DNA from: an uncultured Candidatus Saccharibacteria bacterium | Lineage (GTDB): Bacteria; Patescibacteriota; Minisyncoccia; Phycocordibacterales; XYD1-FULL-46-19 | Length of the DNA stretch: 64,000 bases | Reading direction: 5' to 3' | Assembly (NCBI GenBank): GCA_964355855.1 | Contig: CAYHFD010000002.1 | Coordinates: 419 to 64,418, forward strand | Shown: positions 47,927 through 58,938 of the stretch, piece after piece | Numbering within the stretch: the first letter of the stretch is position 1 | Layout of the letters: every line of letters starts with the position of its first letter | The notes under the pieces: model-generated | The model's database searches: none | The model's input: only the letters and a program-made list of their open reading frames with translations | Told to the model about the DNA's origin: nothing | Position numbers and translations under genes: made by a program

Positions 47927-48628
47927 TTGAATTTTAAGCATATGTTACTTCAAACTTGGAGTGATGTTTTGGTAGATTCGTTTCAAGACTTATGGGCAGA
48001 CATGATTGCCTATGTACCAAACATCCTCGTTTCGATTATTATTTTTGTGGTCGGTTGGGTGTTTGCTAGCCTGATCGGTAAGTGGGTAGCTAGCCTTATT
48101 CGGTCGCTCAAACTTGACGCCGTGCTCCAAAGTTTGGGTATTCAGGATTTGGTAAACCGGGCTGGTTATCGGTTAGATACCGGAGCCTTTATTGGTGCTT
48201 TGGTTAAATTGTTTATTATTGTTGTGTTTTTGATTGCCGCTCTTGATGTTTTGGGATTGTCACAAATCATAGACTTTCTAAATGTGGTGGTAGTGTCTTA
48301 TATTCCAAATGTCATTGCGGCTGCCATTATTTTGTTGTTAGCGGCGGTGATTGCTGATGTGCTTAGAAATGTGGTGGTTGGATCAGCTCGCGCGGCCGGT
48401 GTATTGTATGCCGATCTTTTGGGTGGTATTACCAAGTGGGCGATTTGGGTGTTTGCAATTTTGGCGGCTTTTAACCAGTTAAATATTGGGGCAGTTTTTG
48501 CTCAAACCTTGTTTACTGGCTTAGTGGCCATGTTGGCGCTGGCGGGTGGTCTGGCTTTTGGCCTTGGTGGCCGAGAAGCAGCCGCTCGATATATTGAGCG
48601 TCTGCGAGAGGATATTTCCAAGCGTTAG
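47927..48628 (+). CDS. Membrane protein with conserved TM-helix repeats (MscS-associated type)
   Basis: Repeated ...VPNILVSIIIFVVGWVFASLIGKWV... and ...YIPNVIAAAIILLLAAVIADVL... modules. Confidence 0.5.
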   Translation: MNFKHMLLQTWSDVLVDSFQDLWADMIAYVPNILVSIIIFVVGWVFASLIGKWVASLIRSLKLDAVLQSLGIQDLVNRAGYRLDTGAFIGALVKLFIIVVFLIAALDVLGLSQIIDFLNVVVVSYIPNVIAAAIILLLAAVIADVLRNVVVGSARAAGVLYADLLGGITKWAIWVFAILAAFNQLNIGAVFAQTLFTGLVAMLALAGGLAFGLGGREAAARYIERLREDISKR

Positions 48629-48645
48629 ACGGGTTTTCGAGGCCG

Positions 48646-48685
48646 AAAAAGGGGCGTTAGGCTATGGGCTTGACGCCCTTTTTCT
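48646..48685 (+). terminator. Rho-independent terminator
   Basis: aaaaaggggcgttaggctatgggcttgacgccctttttctttc. Confidence 0.7.
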
Positions 48686-49524
48686 TTCGTATATAATAGG
48701 CGATGTCAGATATGTTAAATAAAATAAACCATAAAACCAGGCGTAAGAAGTAGCGTGTATTTAGACTGTGCTACATTCTGCCGCCCGGAGGGCGGTTTAT
48801 TTTTTCAGAAAGGCTGGAACATTGAAAATTGAATCCTGTCACGGTATCGACTTTTCCGCCTATAGGATAGGCGGAAGGGGTCTTTTCAAATATCGGAGGC
48901 AGAATAGGTAGAAACATTGTGTTTTGAAAGTAAAGTTAGATAGCAATCAAAAAAGAAAGTGGTTTTTAAATTTCCTAATAGGAAATTAAGAGTATATGGT
49001 GGATGCCTTGACACAAAATGGCGATGAAGGACGCGGCTTGGCGGCGATACGCTTCGGGGAGGTGCCTAGCAACCTTTGATCCGGAGATGTCCGAATGGGG
49101 AAACCCGATTGAGCAAAGCTCAATTACTCGTTTTTTTACGAGAGCTAACCCAGGGAAGTGAAACATCTCAGTACCTGGAGGAATAGAGACTAAATGAACT
49201 TCCTAGTTTGGAGGTAAGTAGCGCAAGCTCCGTGCTTCCAAACTATGAGGTTCTTAGCATTCCCTTAGTAGCGGCGAGCGAACAGGGAGAAGCCCAAACC
49301 CATAAGTTTACTTGTGGGGGTTGTAAGGCACGAACGTAGATTTCTAGGGAAGTCAAAAAATATTTTGTTAGCCGAAGCTGCTGGGAAGCAGCGCCACAGA
49401 AGGTAACGGCCCTGTAGGCGAAAATAAAATATCTTCCTTGTTCGTGTTCTTGAGTACCTCGAGGAACGACAGCCTTGAGGGAATCCGCCGGAACTAACCG
49501 GCAAGGCTAAATACATTTTGTGAT

Positions 49525-49561
<37 letters not shown>

Positions 49562-51247
49562 CAGCCCGATAAGGGCGTTGAAATAGACCTGAAACCATAT
49601 ACTTACAAGGAGTGGGAGCCGAGCACTACAGTGTGCATTATTTTGTGAGTTGAAAAATGATTTGACCGAGCCGTCGATGAAATTGCCGCCCAAGGCGTGG
49701 CGATTTGCAAAGGGTTGAGTCACCAGGGATGAACCATAACTGTCGACGTTATCTCATCCCATCATTTTTCAGTTCACAATTTAAATTGTGCATAGTGTAG
49801 TGCTCGGTGACCGCGTGCCTATTGAAGAATGAGCCAACGAGTTTATGCGTACTGCAGGCTAAGCCCTTCTGGGGTGGAGCCACAGGGAAACCAAGTGTGA
49901 ATAGCGCATTTGTAGTCCGCATAAGACCCGAAGCCAGGTGAGCTTGCCATGGGCAGGATGAACCCCACAGAAATGTGGGGGGAGGTCCGAACCGGTTAGC
50001 CGTGCAATACTATCGGATGACCTGTGGTAGGGAGTGAAAAGCTAATCGAACCTGGTAATAGCTGGTTCTCTCCGAAATATCTTTAGGGGTAGCGTCAGAT
50101 GTTCCTTCTGGGGGTAGAGCACTGGAAGAGTCGAACAGGGAGAAATCTCGTCGATTCTATCAAACTCCGAATACCAGAAACTAAAAGTCTGGCAGTTAGA
50201 CTCCGGGCGCTAAGGTCCGGTGGTCGAAAGGGAAACAGCCCTGATCTCAATCTAAGGTCCCTAAATTCATGCTAAGTGCACTTAAGGAGGTGAAATTTCT
50301 CCGACAATGAGGAGGTTGGCTTAGAAGCAGCCATCCTTTAAAGAAAGCGTAATAGCTCACTCATTCAGAGATCTTGCGCCGCAAATAATCGGGGCTAAGC
50401 ATGGTACCGAAGGTGAGGATGTCATCTATTTTCGAATAGGTGGCGTGGTAGGAGAGCGTTCCAATCCGCGGTGAAGCAGTGTCGTGAGGCACTGTGGAGC
50501 GTTTGGAAGTGAGAATGTTGGCACAAGTAACCGCAAGGCAGGTGAGATCCCTGCCCGCCGAAAGATCAAGGTTTCCTTGGCAATGGTGATCAGCCAAGGG
50601 TTAGTCGGGCCTAAGCCGATGGTGAAAACCGCAGGCGATGGACACACGGTTAATATTCCGTGACTTCTGTAATGTGCGATGGGGAGACGGAGTGCAGTAT
50701 GTCAAGCGTATTATTGGATTTATGTTCGGGCCGTTAGGAAGTACTCTAGGTAAATCCGGAGTACATTATTCCAAGCGGAGCGAAAACGCGGTGGTCTCCA
50801 CCGTGAATTTGACAAAGCGCGCTTCCAAGAAAAGCCTCTAAGCTTCAACATTATAGAAACCGTACCGCAAACCGACACAGGTGATCAGGTCGAGAAGACC
50901 AAGGCGAACGGGTGATTGCTCCTCAAGGAACTCGGCAAAAAAGCGGCCGTAAGTTTGCAATAAGGCCTTCCTAACCCCGCGCAAGCGGGACGGACGCAGC
51001 TAAAGAATCCCTGGCGACTGTTTATCAAAAACACAGCTCCCTGCGAACTCGTAAGAGTATGTATAGGGGGTGACACCTGACCAATGCCCGAAGGTCAAAT
51101 AAGGTGGGTGTGCGCATCACACTGCGTGTGATACTGATATATCGATATATCAAAATTTCGAAATATCAGCATCGTGCTTGGCGTGATGCGTATGCTTGCT
51201 CTATAAGCCCGGGTGAATGTCGGCGATAACTATAATCGTCCTAAGGT

Positions 51248-51509
51248 TCCGTGTTCGATTTTAAAATCGAACACGGAACGGATTGGGGCGATGTATAGCG
51301 AGTGTGATAAACAGAAGACAAAATATACCAATCAAAAGCTACCTCAGCGCGCGGTAACGCGTGCATGATCCACATGGCACGAAGAGACTATACGCCATGC
51401 TCCCTAAAACATTTGCTTTGCAAATGTTCGGGCGAACATTTTGTTTACAAAATGTTTTAGCCAGCAAAAATTAGGGATGAAGATATAGTCCTTATGTGAG
51501 GAATATAAG
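51248..51509 (+). other. Intron-like insertion 1 in the 23S (262 nt, no ORF) at E. coli position L1931 in helix 69
   Basis: Flanks reconstitute CCTAAGGT|AGCGAAATTCC. The 5' exon ends in U, the insert ends in G, and the insert has internal palindromes. Confidence 0.6.
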
Positions 51510-52110
51510 AGCGAAATTCCTTGTCTGGTAAGTTCAGACGTGCACGAATGGTGTAACGACTGGGGAACTGTCTCGAGGAGTAGCCCGGTGAAAATGCAAT
51601 GGGGGTGAAGATGCCCTCTACCTGCAGCTAGACGAAAAGACCCCAGGAGCTTTACTGCAGCTTGATATTGAGCTTACGTTTTTACTGCGTAGCATAGGTG
51701 GGAGACTTTGAAGCGTCGCTTTCGGGTGATGTGGAGTCAACAGTGAAATACCACTCTGTAAAAATGTATGTTCTAACCACGGTGTAAACCATCGTGAGAC
51801 AGTATCTGGTAGGTAGTTTTAGTGGGGCGCTATCCTCCTAAAAAGTAACGGAGGAGTCTATTAAGGTCCTCTAGGCGCGAATGGAAACCGTGCCGATAGT
51901 GTAATGGCATAAGAGGGCTTGACTGCAAGACGTACATGTCAAGCAGATGCGAAAGCAGAGCATAGTGAACCGACGGTCCGCCTTAGAAACGGCCGAAGAT
52001 CAACGGATAAAAGCTACCCTGGGGATAACAGGCTGGTACCGCCCAAGCGTCCATAGCGACGGCGGTGTTCGGCACCTCGATGTCGGCTCATCTTATCCTG
52101 GGGCTGGAGA

Positions 52111-52143
<33 letters not shown>

Positions 52144-52183
52144 AAGATACGCGAGCTGGGTTCAAACCGTACTGAGACTAATT

Positions 52184-52743
52184 TTAAAAAATTGGTAGAA
52201 GTGCAGTTTGAATCCCTTCGAGTTTTTCGTTTATGAAATTAAGTATAGGAACCCCGCCGGCGCGTAAAGCTATGGCGGGTGAGACAACCATAATCACGGC
52301 GGCGTAATGTAGCAATATATTACGAAATGCTGACTTATATCGGTGAAACCCTATTTGACGCGGAAATATGCGGAACTAACGCAGACAAATGCGGAAAAGG
52401 GCAATACCGAGGGAAATCGTGAACTTTATTGAGGAAATTGATCTTTTTTTTGGGGTAGTGTAGTGGGCACATTTCTGGGTTTAATCCCAAGTAAGCTAAT
52501 GACAATCGGGCCTAAAATAGTTTAGATCTTTCAAGGTCTAAGCCGTACGGAAACCGTCACGTTGGCAAGCGAAAAAGAGCGAGTTCAACTTTCGCACCCC
52601 TTATGTTTTTGAAGCAATCGAGATGATTGCTTCTTCAATAAAGTTCACGATACCCGTAGAGACTGAACGTTAGCCAACCGGGCACATGAGAGTACCGGTT
52701 GAAGATACAGTCCGATGCACTTAGTAATAAGTGAAAACATGCG
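52184..52743 (+). other. Intron-like insertion 2 in the 23S (560 nt, no ORF) in the peptidyl-transferase region, at the I-CreI/I-CeuI-type homing site (~E. coli 2593-2597)
   Basis: Flanks reconstitute ...CCGTAC T|GAGACAGGTTGGTCTCCTATC. The 5' exon ends in U and the insert ends in G. Confidence 0.6.
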
Positions 52744-52804
52744 TGAGACAGGTTGGTCTCCTATCTGCTGCAGGCGTTGATACTTGAGAGGATTTGTCTC
52801 TAGT

Positions 52805-53177
52805 AAGAAATTGCTACTTGACGAAGAAATTTGTCATGACAATTTGGCTAATAACGGTGAAGCCTTCATAAATATATCTGGCAACTGGATACTATAATGG
52901 TTCTAGTCCGCCCAATAGTGTATAATGACTTGAGGACCAGATAATTTTTAAGGTAATACCGTGGGAAGTCGCCGAAGCACCATCTTGGTGCTCGGTTGAC
53001 CCCGTAACGACTTGTTTTGAGCTTCATTTTAATGAGGCAAGATAAACGGACTTATACAATGGCGAATCATTTCTTTGAAAATGACGGCTTGTATGGGTAA
53101 TATGCCAACCCTTCCTTCGTTTTACAACGAAAAAGGTGAAGATATAGTCTGTGCTCCTAGAAATAGGGGAATAAACG
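52805..53177 (+). other. Intron-like insertion 3 in the 23S (373 nt, no ORF) inside the sarcin-ricin loop, between ~U2656 and A2657 by my alignment
   Basis: Flanks reconstitute CTCTAGT|ACGAGAGGACC. The 5' exon ends in U and the insert ends in G. Confidence 0.55.
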
Positions 53178-53256
53178 ACGAGAGGACCGAGATGAACTGA
53201 CCTCTGGTCTGCCTGCTGTCCCGCCCGGGGCATCGCAGGGTAGCTATGTCGGGAAT

Positions 53257-53289
<33 letters not shown>

Positions 53290-53518
53290 AACCTCAAGAT
53301 TAGGTATCGTTATGAGACCCGTGAGAGATGATCACGTTGATAGGCACTAGGTGTAAGCACAGCAATGTGTTCAGCCGTGGTGTACTAATTCGTCCATTCC
53401 TATTAGGAAATTTGGAAATCAATCCCAGTTGGAAAGCAAAAATGCTTCCAACGGGGCAAGTTTTTTGATTGTTCCAAAATACAATGTTGTTTCTATATAA
53501 AATAAATTGGGATTATGT

Positions 53519-53628
53519 GTTTTGGCGGTTTGACGCGGTGGTCACACCTCTTACCATTCCGAACAGAGAAGTTAAGCACCGTAGTGGCGATGGTACTTGC
53601 AAAGGGAGAGTAGCTAGCCGCCAGAACA
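53519..53628 (+). rRNA. rrf: 5S rRNA
   Basis: tttggcggtttgacgcggtggtcacacctcttaccattccgaacagagaagttaagcaccgtagtggcgatggtacttgcaaagggagagtagctagccgccag. Confidence 0.85.
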
Positions 53629-53645
53629 CACAATCTCAATTTTTA

Positions 53646-53677
53646 GCAAAAAACCTATCATCTTGATAGGTTTTTTG
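53646..53677 (+). terminator. Rho-independent terminator of the rRNA operon
   Basis: aaaaaacctatca tctt gataggttttttgc. Confidence 0.75.
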
Positions 53678-53680
53678 CTT

Positions 53681-53826
53681 TGGCGGTTTGACTTGTGGTC
53701 CCGACTTACAGTCGCTGTACACCTTTTGGCTATTTTGTTCGCAGTGCTCCAAAATATCACAAAAGCTTTTGTAGTGCTCGACTTGCTCGCACTACAACCT
53801 CTTACCATTCCGAACAGAGAAGTTAA
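53681..53826 (+). pseudogene. Degenerate second 5S rRNA copy, 5' portion: 5S-like segments 53681-53700 and 53798-53826, separated by a ~95-nt insert. Its 3' portion resumes at ~55687-55850 beyond the IS30-like element.
   Basis: tggcggtttgacttgtggtc and cctcttaccattccgaacagagaagttaa match 5S; downstream, agtggcga...ggtatttgcaaaggtagag...gtagctagccgcc...gccagaaca occur in 5S order. Confidence 0.55.
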
Positions 53827-53882
53827 AGTTTGCCGGTGAGTTCAACAATCAATCGCAACACTTGTATTAAGATACAGGTATC

Positions 53883-54926
53883 ATGCAAAAAATTAAAAGA
53901 CGAGACTACAAGCGAGAATTCAACCAACTCACACTCGATGATCGCATCAGGATCGAGATCAAGTATCGGGAAGGCTTGAGCTTTAGAGATATTGCTACGC
54001 ATCTCGGTCAAGGTCGAACGGCCGGATCAATCTGTAGAGAAGTCGATGGAAGACCCAGGAAAGGAGTCGGGAAATACTAGGCTCACGCGAGTCACGCGAA
54101 AGCACTTGAGAGAAGGTTTGGAAAGAAAGATTTTCGGCTGAAGAACAATCTCATCCGCTCGTATGTACAAGAAAAGATGAAGATTGGCTGGTCTCCCGAA
54201 CAAGTTTCAATTCGTCTCCCGATTGATCATCCCGGCAATGACATATCGTATGAAGCCATATACCAATTTGTGTATGCTCAAATTGATCGGTACAACAGCG
54301 GAAAGGCAAAAGAGGGTTGTGAGGATTTGAGACCATACCTACCTCGCAGACATACAAGGAGGCAGACAAAGGGCTTCAGACAGGCACGAAAGATGTATCT
54401 GCCGGCACTACCTTCAATTGAAAACAGACCAGCCATCGTAGACAAAAGAACACGCATTGGTGACTGGGAAGATGATACTATGGTTTCAAGACAAAGCCCT
54501 GATCGATTGAAGACCATCAATGAACGAGTCTCTGGTATTGTGCTCATTGGAAAGATGAGAGAAGGAACTATATCTGAATCCAACAGAGTGGTACATGAAA
54601 GGCTTGGTAAAATACCAAAGGAAATCAGGAGGACTCTCACACGAGATCGAGGTATGGAAAATCTTGGCTACCAAGAGATTGAAAAAGAATTGAATATCTC
54701 TTGCTACTTTGCCAGAGCGTATTGCTCACAAGACCGAGGATCAAACGAGAATGTGAATGGTCTCATACGACGATTCTTTCCAAAGAAAACAGACTTTAGA
54801 AAGGTATCTGATGAGGAGATTAACCGAGCCGAATTTCTTCTGAACTCCAGGCCGAGGAAAAGACATCGTGGAAAAACTCCACTTGAAGTATTATTAGAGC
54901 GTACTGGTGTTGCAATTACTTATTGA
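53883..54926 (+). pseudogene. IS30-family DDE transposase interrupted by a single in-frame TAG (54078-54080), listed as ORFs 53883-54080 and 54177-54926
   Basis: N-terminal HTH LTLDDRIRIEIKYREGLSFRDIATHLG. The catalytic region has GDWEDDTM, DRGMEN, SQDRGSNENVNGLIRRFFPK and NSRPRK. The two ORFs are in the same frame, and the 96 nt between them are open. Confidence 0.7.
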
Positions 54927-54978
54927 ATTCAGCGCCATGGGTTTAGACTTTCCGGTATGAAACTGGTAGAGTTTTAGG

Positions 54979-55674
54979 ATGGAATCACCAGAACAAATAG
55001 GAGGAAAAGATTTTATAAAAGATAATATTTCTTTATCTAACCTTAGTAAAGGAGACTTTGTTTCTGTAGAAGAATTTAAAGTTAATAAAGAAAAACAAAG
55101 TGATGAAAAGAGATCCGTTATAAAAGAATACGATTTGTCATCAATAGACGACCTTTTTAGAGATAAAAACCTATCCCTAGAAGAGAAAGCTCATATTTTA
55201 AAAAGAAGACAAGAGTTTACACAAAAATTCTACAGCGATCTTCCTTCAGTTGTTGTTAAGAGTCAATTTATTTTAGGAAGAGGTTCAAATAATCAATCTA
55301 CTATTTTTGAGGTTCAAGATAAAGTAAATGATTATTACACTACAGACGAAGACGGTAAAATTGTCCGTGAATTAAATATCCAACAAAAAGAGAATCTAGT
55401 AAGAGAACTAGAATATTTTATAACTAGAACATACGATTTCCTTAATCAAAAAGACGAGGCATTCCCAGAGAGTTATGACGAGTATCATTCATTTTTTCCT
55501 GATGTTCACGTAAATAATTTAGTAGTAACCTCTGAGGGTCATCTTCGGATAATAGATACAAACATGTACAAGCATCTTTGGGAAGAAGACTCTACTTATG
55601 AAGATTGTGAAAGAAGACTCAATGAACTTAAGCAGATTAAGGAACGCATAGGAGTATCGTTAAAGACAAATTAA
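54979..55674 (+). CDS. AT-rich hypothetical protein (passenger ORF within the IS30-like insertion)
   Basis: 231-aa ORF with no motif and very low GC relative to its neighbours. Confidence 0.4.
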   Translation: MESPEQIGGKDFIKDNISLSNLSKGDFVSVEEFKVNKEKQSDEKRSVIKEYDLSSIDDLFRDKNLSLEEKAHILKRRQEFTQKFYSDLPSVVVKSQFILGRGSNNQSTIFEVQDKVNDYYTTDEDGKIVRELNIQQKENLVRELEYFITRTYDFLNQKDEAFPESYDEYHSFFPDVHVNNLVVTSEGHLRIIDTNMYKHLWEEDSTYEDCERRLNELKQIKERIGVSLKTN

Positions 55675-55855
55675 GGGTTCATCCACCAGTGGCGACCGTG
55701 TCCGTGCTCTACTATGGAGTGGTATTTGCAAAGGTAGAGCCCGCCCGCAACGCCTGAGCTTGCGATGGCGGGCGGGTAGCTAGCCGCCCGCCTGCCATCG
55801 CCTACGGCTTCAGCCAATGGCGGGCAGGCCAGAACAAAGAATTCGAATACAAATC

Positions 55856-55894
55856 AAAAACTACCCGCCCTCCTTTGGAGGGCGGGTAGTTTTT
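55856..55894 (+). terminator. Rho-independent terminator
   Basis: aaaaactacccgccctcc tttg gagggcgggtagttttt. Confidence 0.75.
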
Positions 55895-55911
55895 GGTATA
55901 CTGTCACTAAT

Positions 55912-56670
55912 ATGTCTTGGCGTAGTCAACGACGATTTTCGATAGTATTAGCGGTGGCCATGTTTTTTGCGGTGGTTTTTGGTGGTTGGTATTATTTTCA
56001 TAAACCAGAGCCGTCTTGTACTGATAGCCTTTTAAATCAAGGGGAGATTGATATTGACTGCGGTGGTCCATGTGCCAAAGTCTGTCGAGCAGAAGTTTTA
56101 CCGCTAGTGGTATTGTGGACTAGGGCCAACGAGATAAAACCCGGAGTTTATTCGGTTGTTTCCTATATTGAAAATCCTAACCGCTCGGTTGGGATTCCAG
56201 AATTGCCATTTGAAATTGTCTTGGTCGACGCCGAGGGTCAGGAAGTAGTCAAAACCAAAGGAAAATCCTTTGCTAATCCCAAAGAAGGATTTGTTATTTT
56301 TGAGGGTAATATCTCGGCGCCAGCTGGTCTGGTCATTGGTGCTTTCTTAGAATTTTCTGATACTTTGGTTTGGCGAAGACTGGAAGCCCGGCAACCAAAT
56401 GTTGTGGTGCAAAAAAAAGGTTTTGAGACTGAACCTGTACCGCGCTTAATTGCTGATATAACCAACCTTATCACTAAGCCAGTTTCTAACATAGTTATTC
56501 CGGTGGTCATTTCCGACAAAGAAGGTAACGTAATATCTTCCAGTGCGACGGTTGTTGATACTGTCGCTGGGGGACAGACGACAGAAATATATTTTACTTG
56601 GCCCCTGGCTTTACCCAGTGAACCAGTTTTCTTTGATTTTTACCCTCGCCAGAATTTCTATAATGATTGA
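55912..56670 (+). CDS. Hypothetical membrane-anchored protein
   Basis: N-terminal TM helix and Cys-rich CTDSLLNQGEIDIDCGGPCAKVC. Confidence 0.4.
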   Translation: MSWRSQRRFSIVLAVAMFFAVVFGGWYYFHKPEPSCTDSLLNQGEIDIDCGGPCAKVCRAEVLPLVVLWTRANEIKPGVYSVVSYIENPNRSVGIPELPFEIVLVDAEGQEVVKTKGKSFANPKEGFVIFEGNISAPAGLVIGAFLEFSDTLVWRRLEARQPNVVVQKKGFETEPVPRLIADITNLITKPVSNIVIPVVISDKEGNVISSSATVVDTVAGGQTTEIYFTWPLALPSEPVFFDFYPRQNFYND

Positions 56671-57821
56671 TAAAATTGGCCATGTTCAGATCATTTTCTG
56701 GTTTTTTTGAAAGACTGTCTATTGATTGGGTTCTTTTGTTGTCAGTTATTCCACTGCTTTTGGCTGGTTTAGTGACCATGAATTCGTTCACGGCTGACAG
56801 TTATTATTTTGATCGTCAGCTAGTTTGGATCGGTATTTCCTTAGCCATTTTTTTTATTGCTAGTTTTGTTGATTGGCGCTTTTTGCGTCGCAGTGGAGTA
56901 GTAATAGTTATTTATTTGGCGGGACTGGCTTTGCTTTTGGTAGTGGCGACCGTTGGTCAAGTGACGAGAAACGTCGAAAGCTGGTTGTCTTTTGGTGGGG
57001 TATCAATTCAACCGGCGGAATTTATGAAGTTGGTTGTTATTATAATTTTGGCTAAATATTTTACCCGGCGCCATATTGAAATTGCTAATATCCGTCATAT
57101 TATTTTGTCTGGTTTATATGCCGTAGTGCCTTTTGTGTTGGTGGCCATACAACCAGATTTTGGATCGGCTTTAATTATTTTTGCTATTTGGTTGGGAATG
57201 ACGATGGTCTCGGGAATTTCCAATAAACATCTTCTTTTGGTTTTTGTGGTGGGGGCGGTTAGTTTCTGGGGATTATGGGGTTTTGTTTTTGCCGACTATC
57301 AAAAGGCCCGGATTATGACATTTATATATCCTCTGGCCGATATTCGCGGTTCTGGTTATAACGCTTTTCAGTCGATGGTCGCTGTTGGCTCGGGTCAAAT
57401 CTTGGGCAAGGGCGTTGGCTATGGTACGCAATCACGATTACAGTTTTTGCCCGAGCATCAAACCGATTTTATTTTTGCCGCTTTTGCCGAAGAGTGGGGG
57501 TATGTTGGGGTTATTTTGGTTTTTATTTTATTTGGTATTATTATTTGGCGGATTATAAAAACTTCTTTACACGGGGCAACTAATTTTGAAATTTTATTTG
57601 GCATGGGTCTGGCCATTTTTTTAGTCGCTCATTTTGTTATTCATATTGGAATGAATATCGGTATTTTGCCGGTTACGGGCTTACCGGTGTCTTTTCTTTC
57701 TTACGGTGGGTCGCATATGCTCACCGTGTTTTTGGGGCTGGGGATTCTAATGGGCATGCGCCGTTATTCCCACGCCTATCATCGCGACGATGTCTATAAT
57801 GAGTTTATCGGGCCACGGTAG
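56667..57821 (+). CDS. SEDS-family peptidoglycan polymerase (FtsW/RodA)
   Basis: 10-TM protein with DFGSALIIF, LPEHQTDFIFA and GLPVSFLSYGGSHML. Confidence 0.8.
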   Translation: MIKLAMFRSFSGFFERLSIDWVLLLSVIPLLLAGLVTMNSFTADSYYFDRQLVWIGISLAIFFIASFVDWRFLRRSGVVIVIYLAGLALLLVVATVGQVTRNVESWLSFGGVSIQPAEFMKLVVIIILAKYFTRRHIEIANIRHIILSGLYAVVPFVLVAIQPDFGSALIIFAIWLGMTMVSGISNKHLLLVFVVGAVSFWGLWGFVFADYQKARIMTFIYPLADIRGSGYNAFQSMVAVGSGQILGKGVGYGTQSRLQFLPEHQTDFIFAAFAEEWGYVGVILVFILFGIIIWRIIKTSLHGATNFEILFGMGLAIFLVAHFVIHIGMNIGILPVTGLPVSFLSYGGSHMLTVFLGLGILMGMRRYSHAYHRDDVYNEFIGPR

Positions 57822-57866
57822 AATGGCCGTTATTTTAAAATATGCTAGTATTTAATCATTAATTTA

Positions 57867-58934
57867 TTGCGTTTTTATATGAAATATAATAAAGGTTTTT
57901 TCACTGTTGGGGTAGTAGTTATTAGTTTTTTAGTATTAAGTTTTATTGGAGTGGCAGGAGTAGGACTAATGGAATATACTAAAAAAAATAACCCAACAAT
58001 AGCCACATCTACGGTAAACAGTATAGATCAAGGATTAATTGAAAATAAAACCTTGCCCGTAGAAAAATCAGTAGCTAAACTAAATACCCAAGAGGTGGTT
58101 AATGTTAAAGTGCCAACAGCTAATAAACCTGTAGATGTCATAAAATTACCTACTGTTTCAGCCAAAACTATAAAATATACAGAGCCTTTTGGTCTTTATA
58201 CTTTAGAGTATCCTACAAACTGGACGCTTGTTAATGCGGTAGACAGTTCTTTTTTTTCTAATTGGAAAGATAATTTATCAGGATTTGAAATGGAGATTTT
58301 CTACATGCCGTTATTGGCTGTTTTGGAAAATTCTTCTGGGAATCCAAATGTTACTAAAAGTCTAACAAAAAGTATTATTGGCCGAAAAACTTGGTTGATA
58401 GAAAGTAGAGGAACGAATTTAAATAATAATCAAAAAATCCAAACAATTTACGCAATTGATTTGGGTATTCCTATTAAACTTGCTGGTAAAGACGATACTA
58501 TGGCTCTAATAATTAGCGCCTCAAGGTATGACGATCAAGTGTGGAGTGTGATAAAAAGTATAACCATTAATACAAACAATGTTGCCATTGTTATATCTAA
58601 AATTACCGAATCCCTTGAGCATGCTAGAGTAGCGGCTGACGATGCTAGTATACAGGCAAATCTTGCTGGATTACGAACGGGTATGGAGTTATTTCTTGTC
58701 AGAAATAAAACTTATAAAAACGCATGCTTAAGTGATGATAATGAATTTATGGTTGGTCGCTATTTGGAATCAATAAGAAAAATAACGGGTACAGATAATT
58801 TAAATTGTGTCGATTCTAAAGATTCCTATGCCGTTTCTGCTCTATTGAGATCTGATAGATATTATTGTGTTGATAGTACTGGCTATGCAGGTCAAGTTTC
58901 ATCATCAAATACTGGTACGGTTTGCAATAAGTAA
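57867..58934 (+). CDS. AT-rich secreted or membrane-anchored hypothetical protein
   Basis: N-terminal TM/signal segment; no motif; low GC. Confidence 0.4.
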   Translation: MRFYMKYNKGFFTVGVVVISFLVLSFIGVAGVGLMEYTKKNNPTIATSTVNSIDQGLIENKTLPVEKSVAKLNTQEVVNVKVPTANKPVDVIKLPTVSAKTIKYTEPFGLYTLEYPTNWTLVNAVDSSFFSNWKDNLSGFEMEIFYMPLLAVLENSSGNPNVTKSLTKSIIGRKTWLIESRGTNLNNNQKIQTIYAIDLGIPIKLAGKDDTMALIISASRYDDQVWSVIKSITINTNNVAIVISKITESLEHARVAADDASIQANLAGLRTGMELFLVRNKTYKNACLSDDNEFMVGRYLESIRKITGTDNLNCVDSKDSYAVSALLRSDRYYCVDSTGYAGQVSSSNTGTVCNK

Positions 58935-58938
58935 TAAT

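Larger units (their letters stand above)
53827..55686 (+). mobile_element. IS30-family insertion (~1.86 kb) carrying a transposase with an in-frame stop plus a passenger ORF; it is inserted into the second 5S copy
   Basis: IS30 transposase motifs; putative imperfect terminal inverted repeats ggtgagttcaac (left) and ggttcatccacc (right, reverse complement ggtggatgaacc); 5S-like sequence on both flanks. Confidence 0.5.

Noticed and set aside
53883-54926. The in-frame TAG in the IS30 transposase as stop-codon reassignment or programmed read-through
   Set aside because: TAG ends other genes in this window, including the DGR target genes, so a disabling nonsense mutation is the simpler explanation. 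This cannot be fully excluded without population data.
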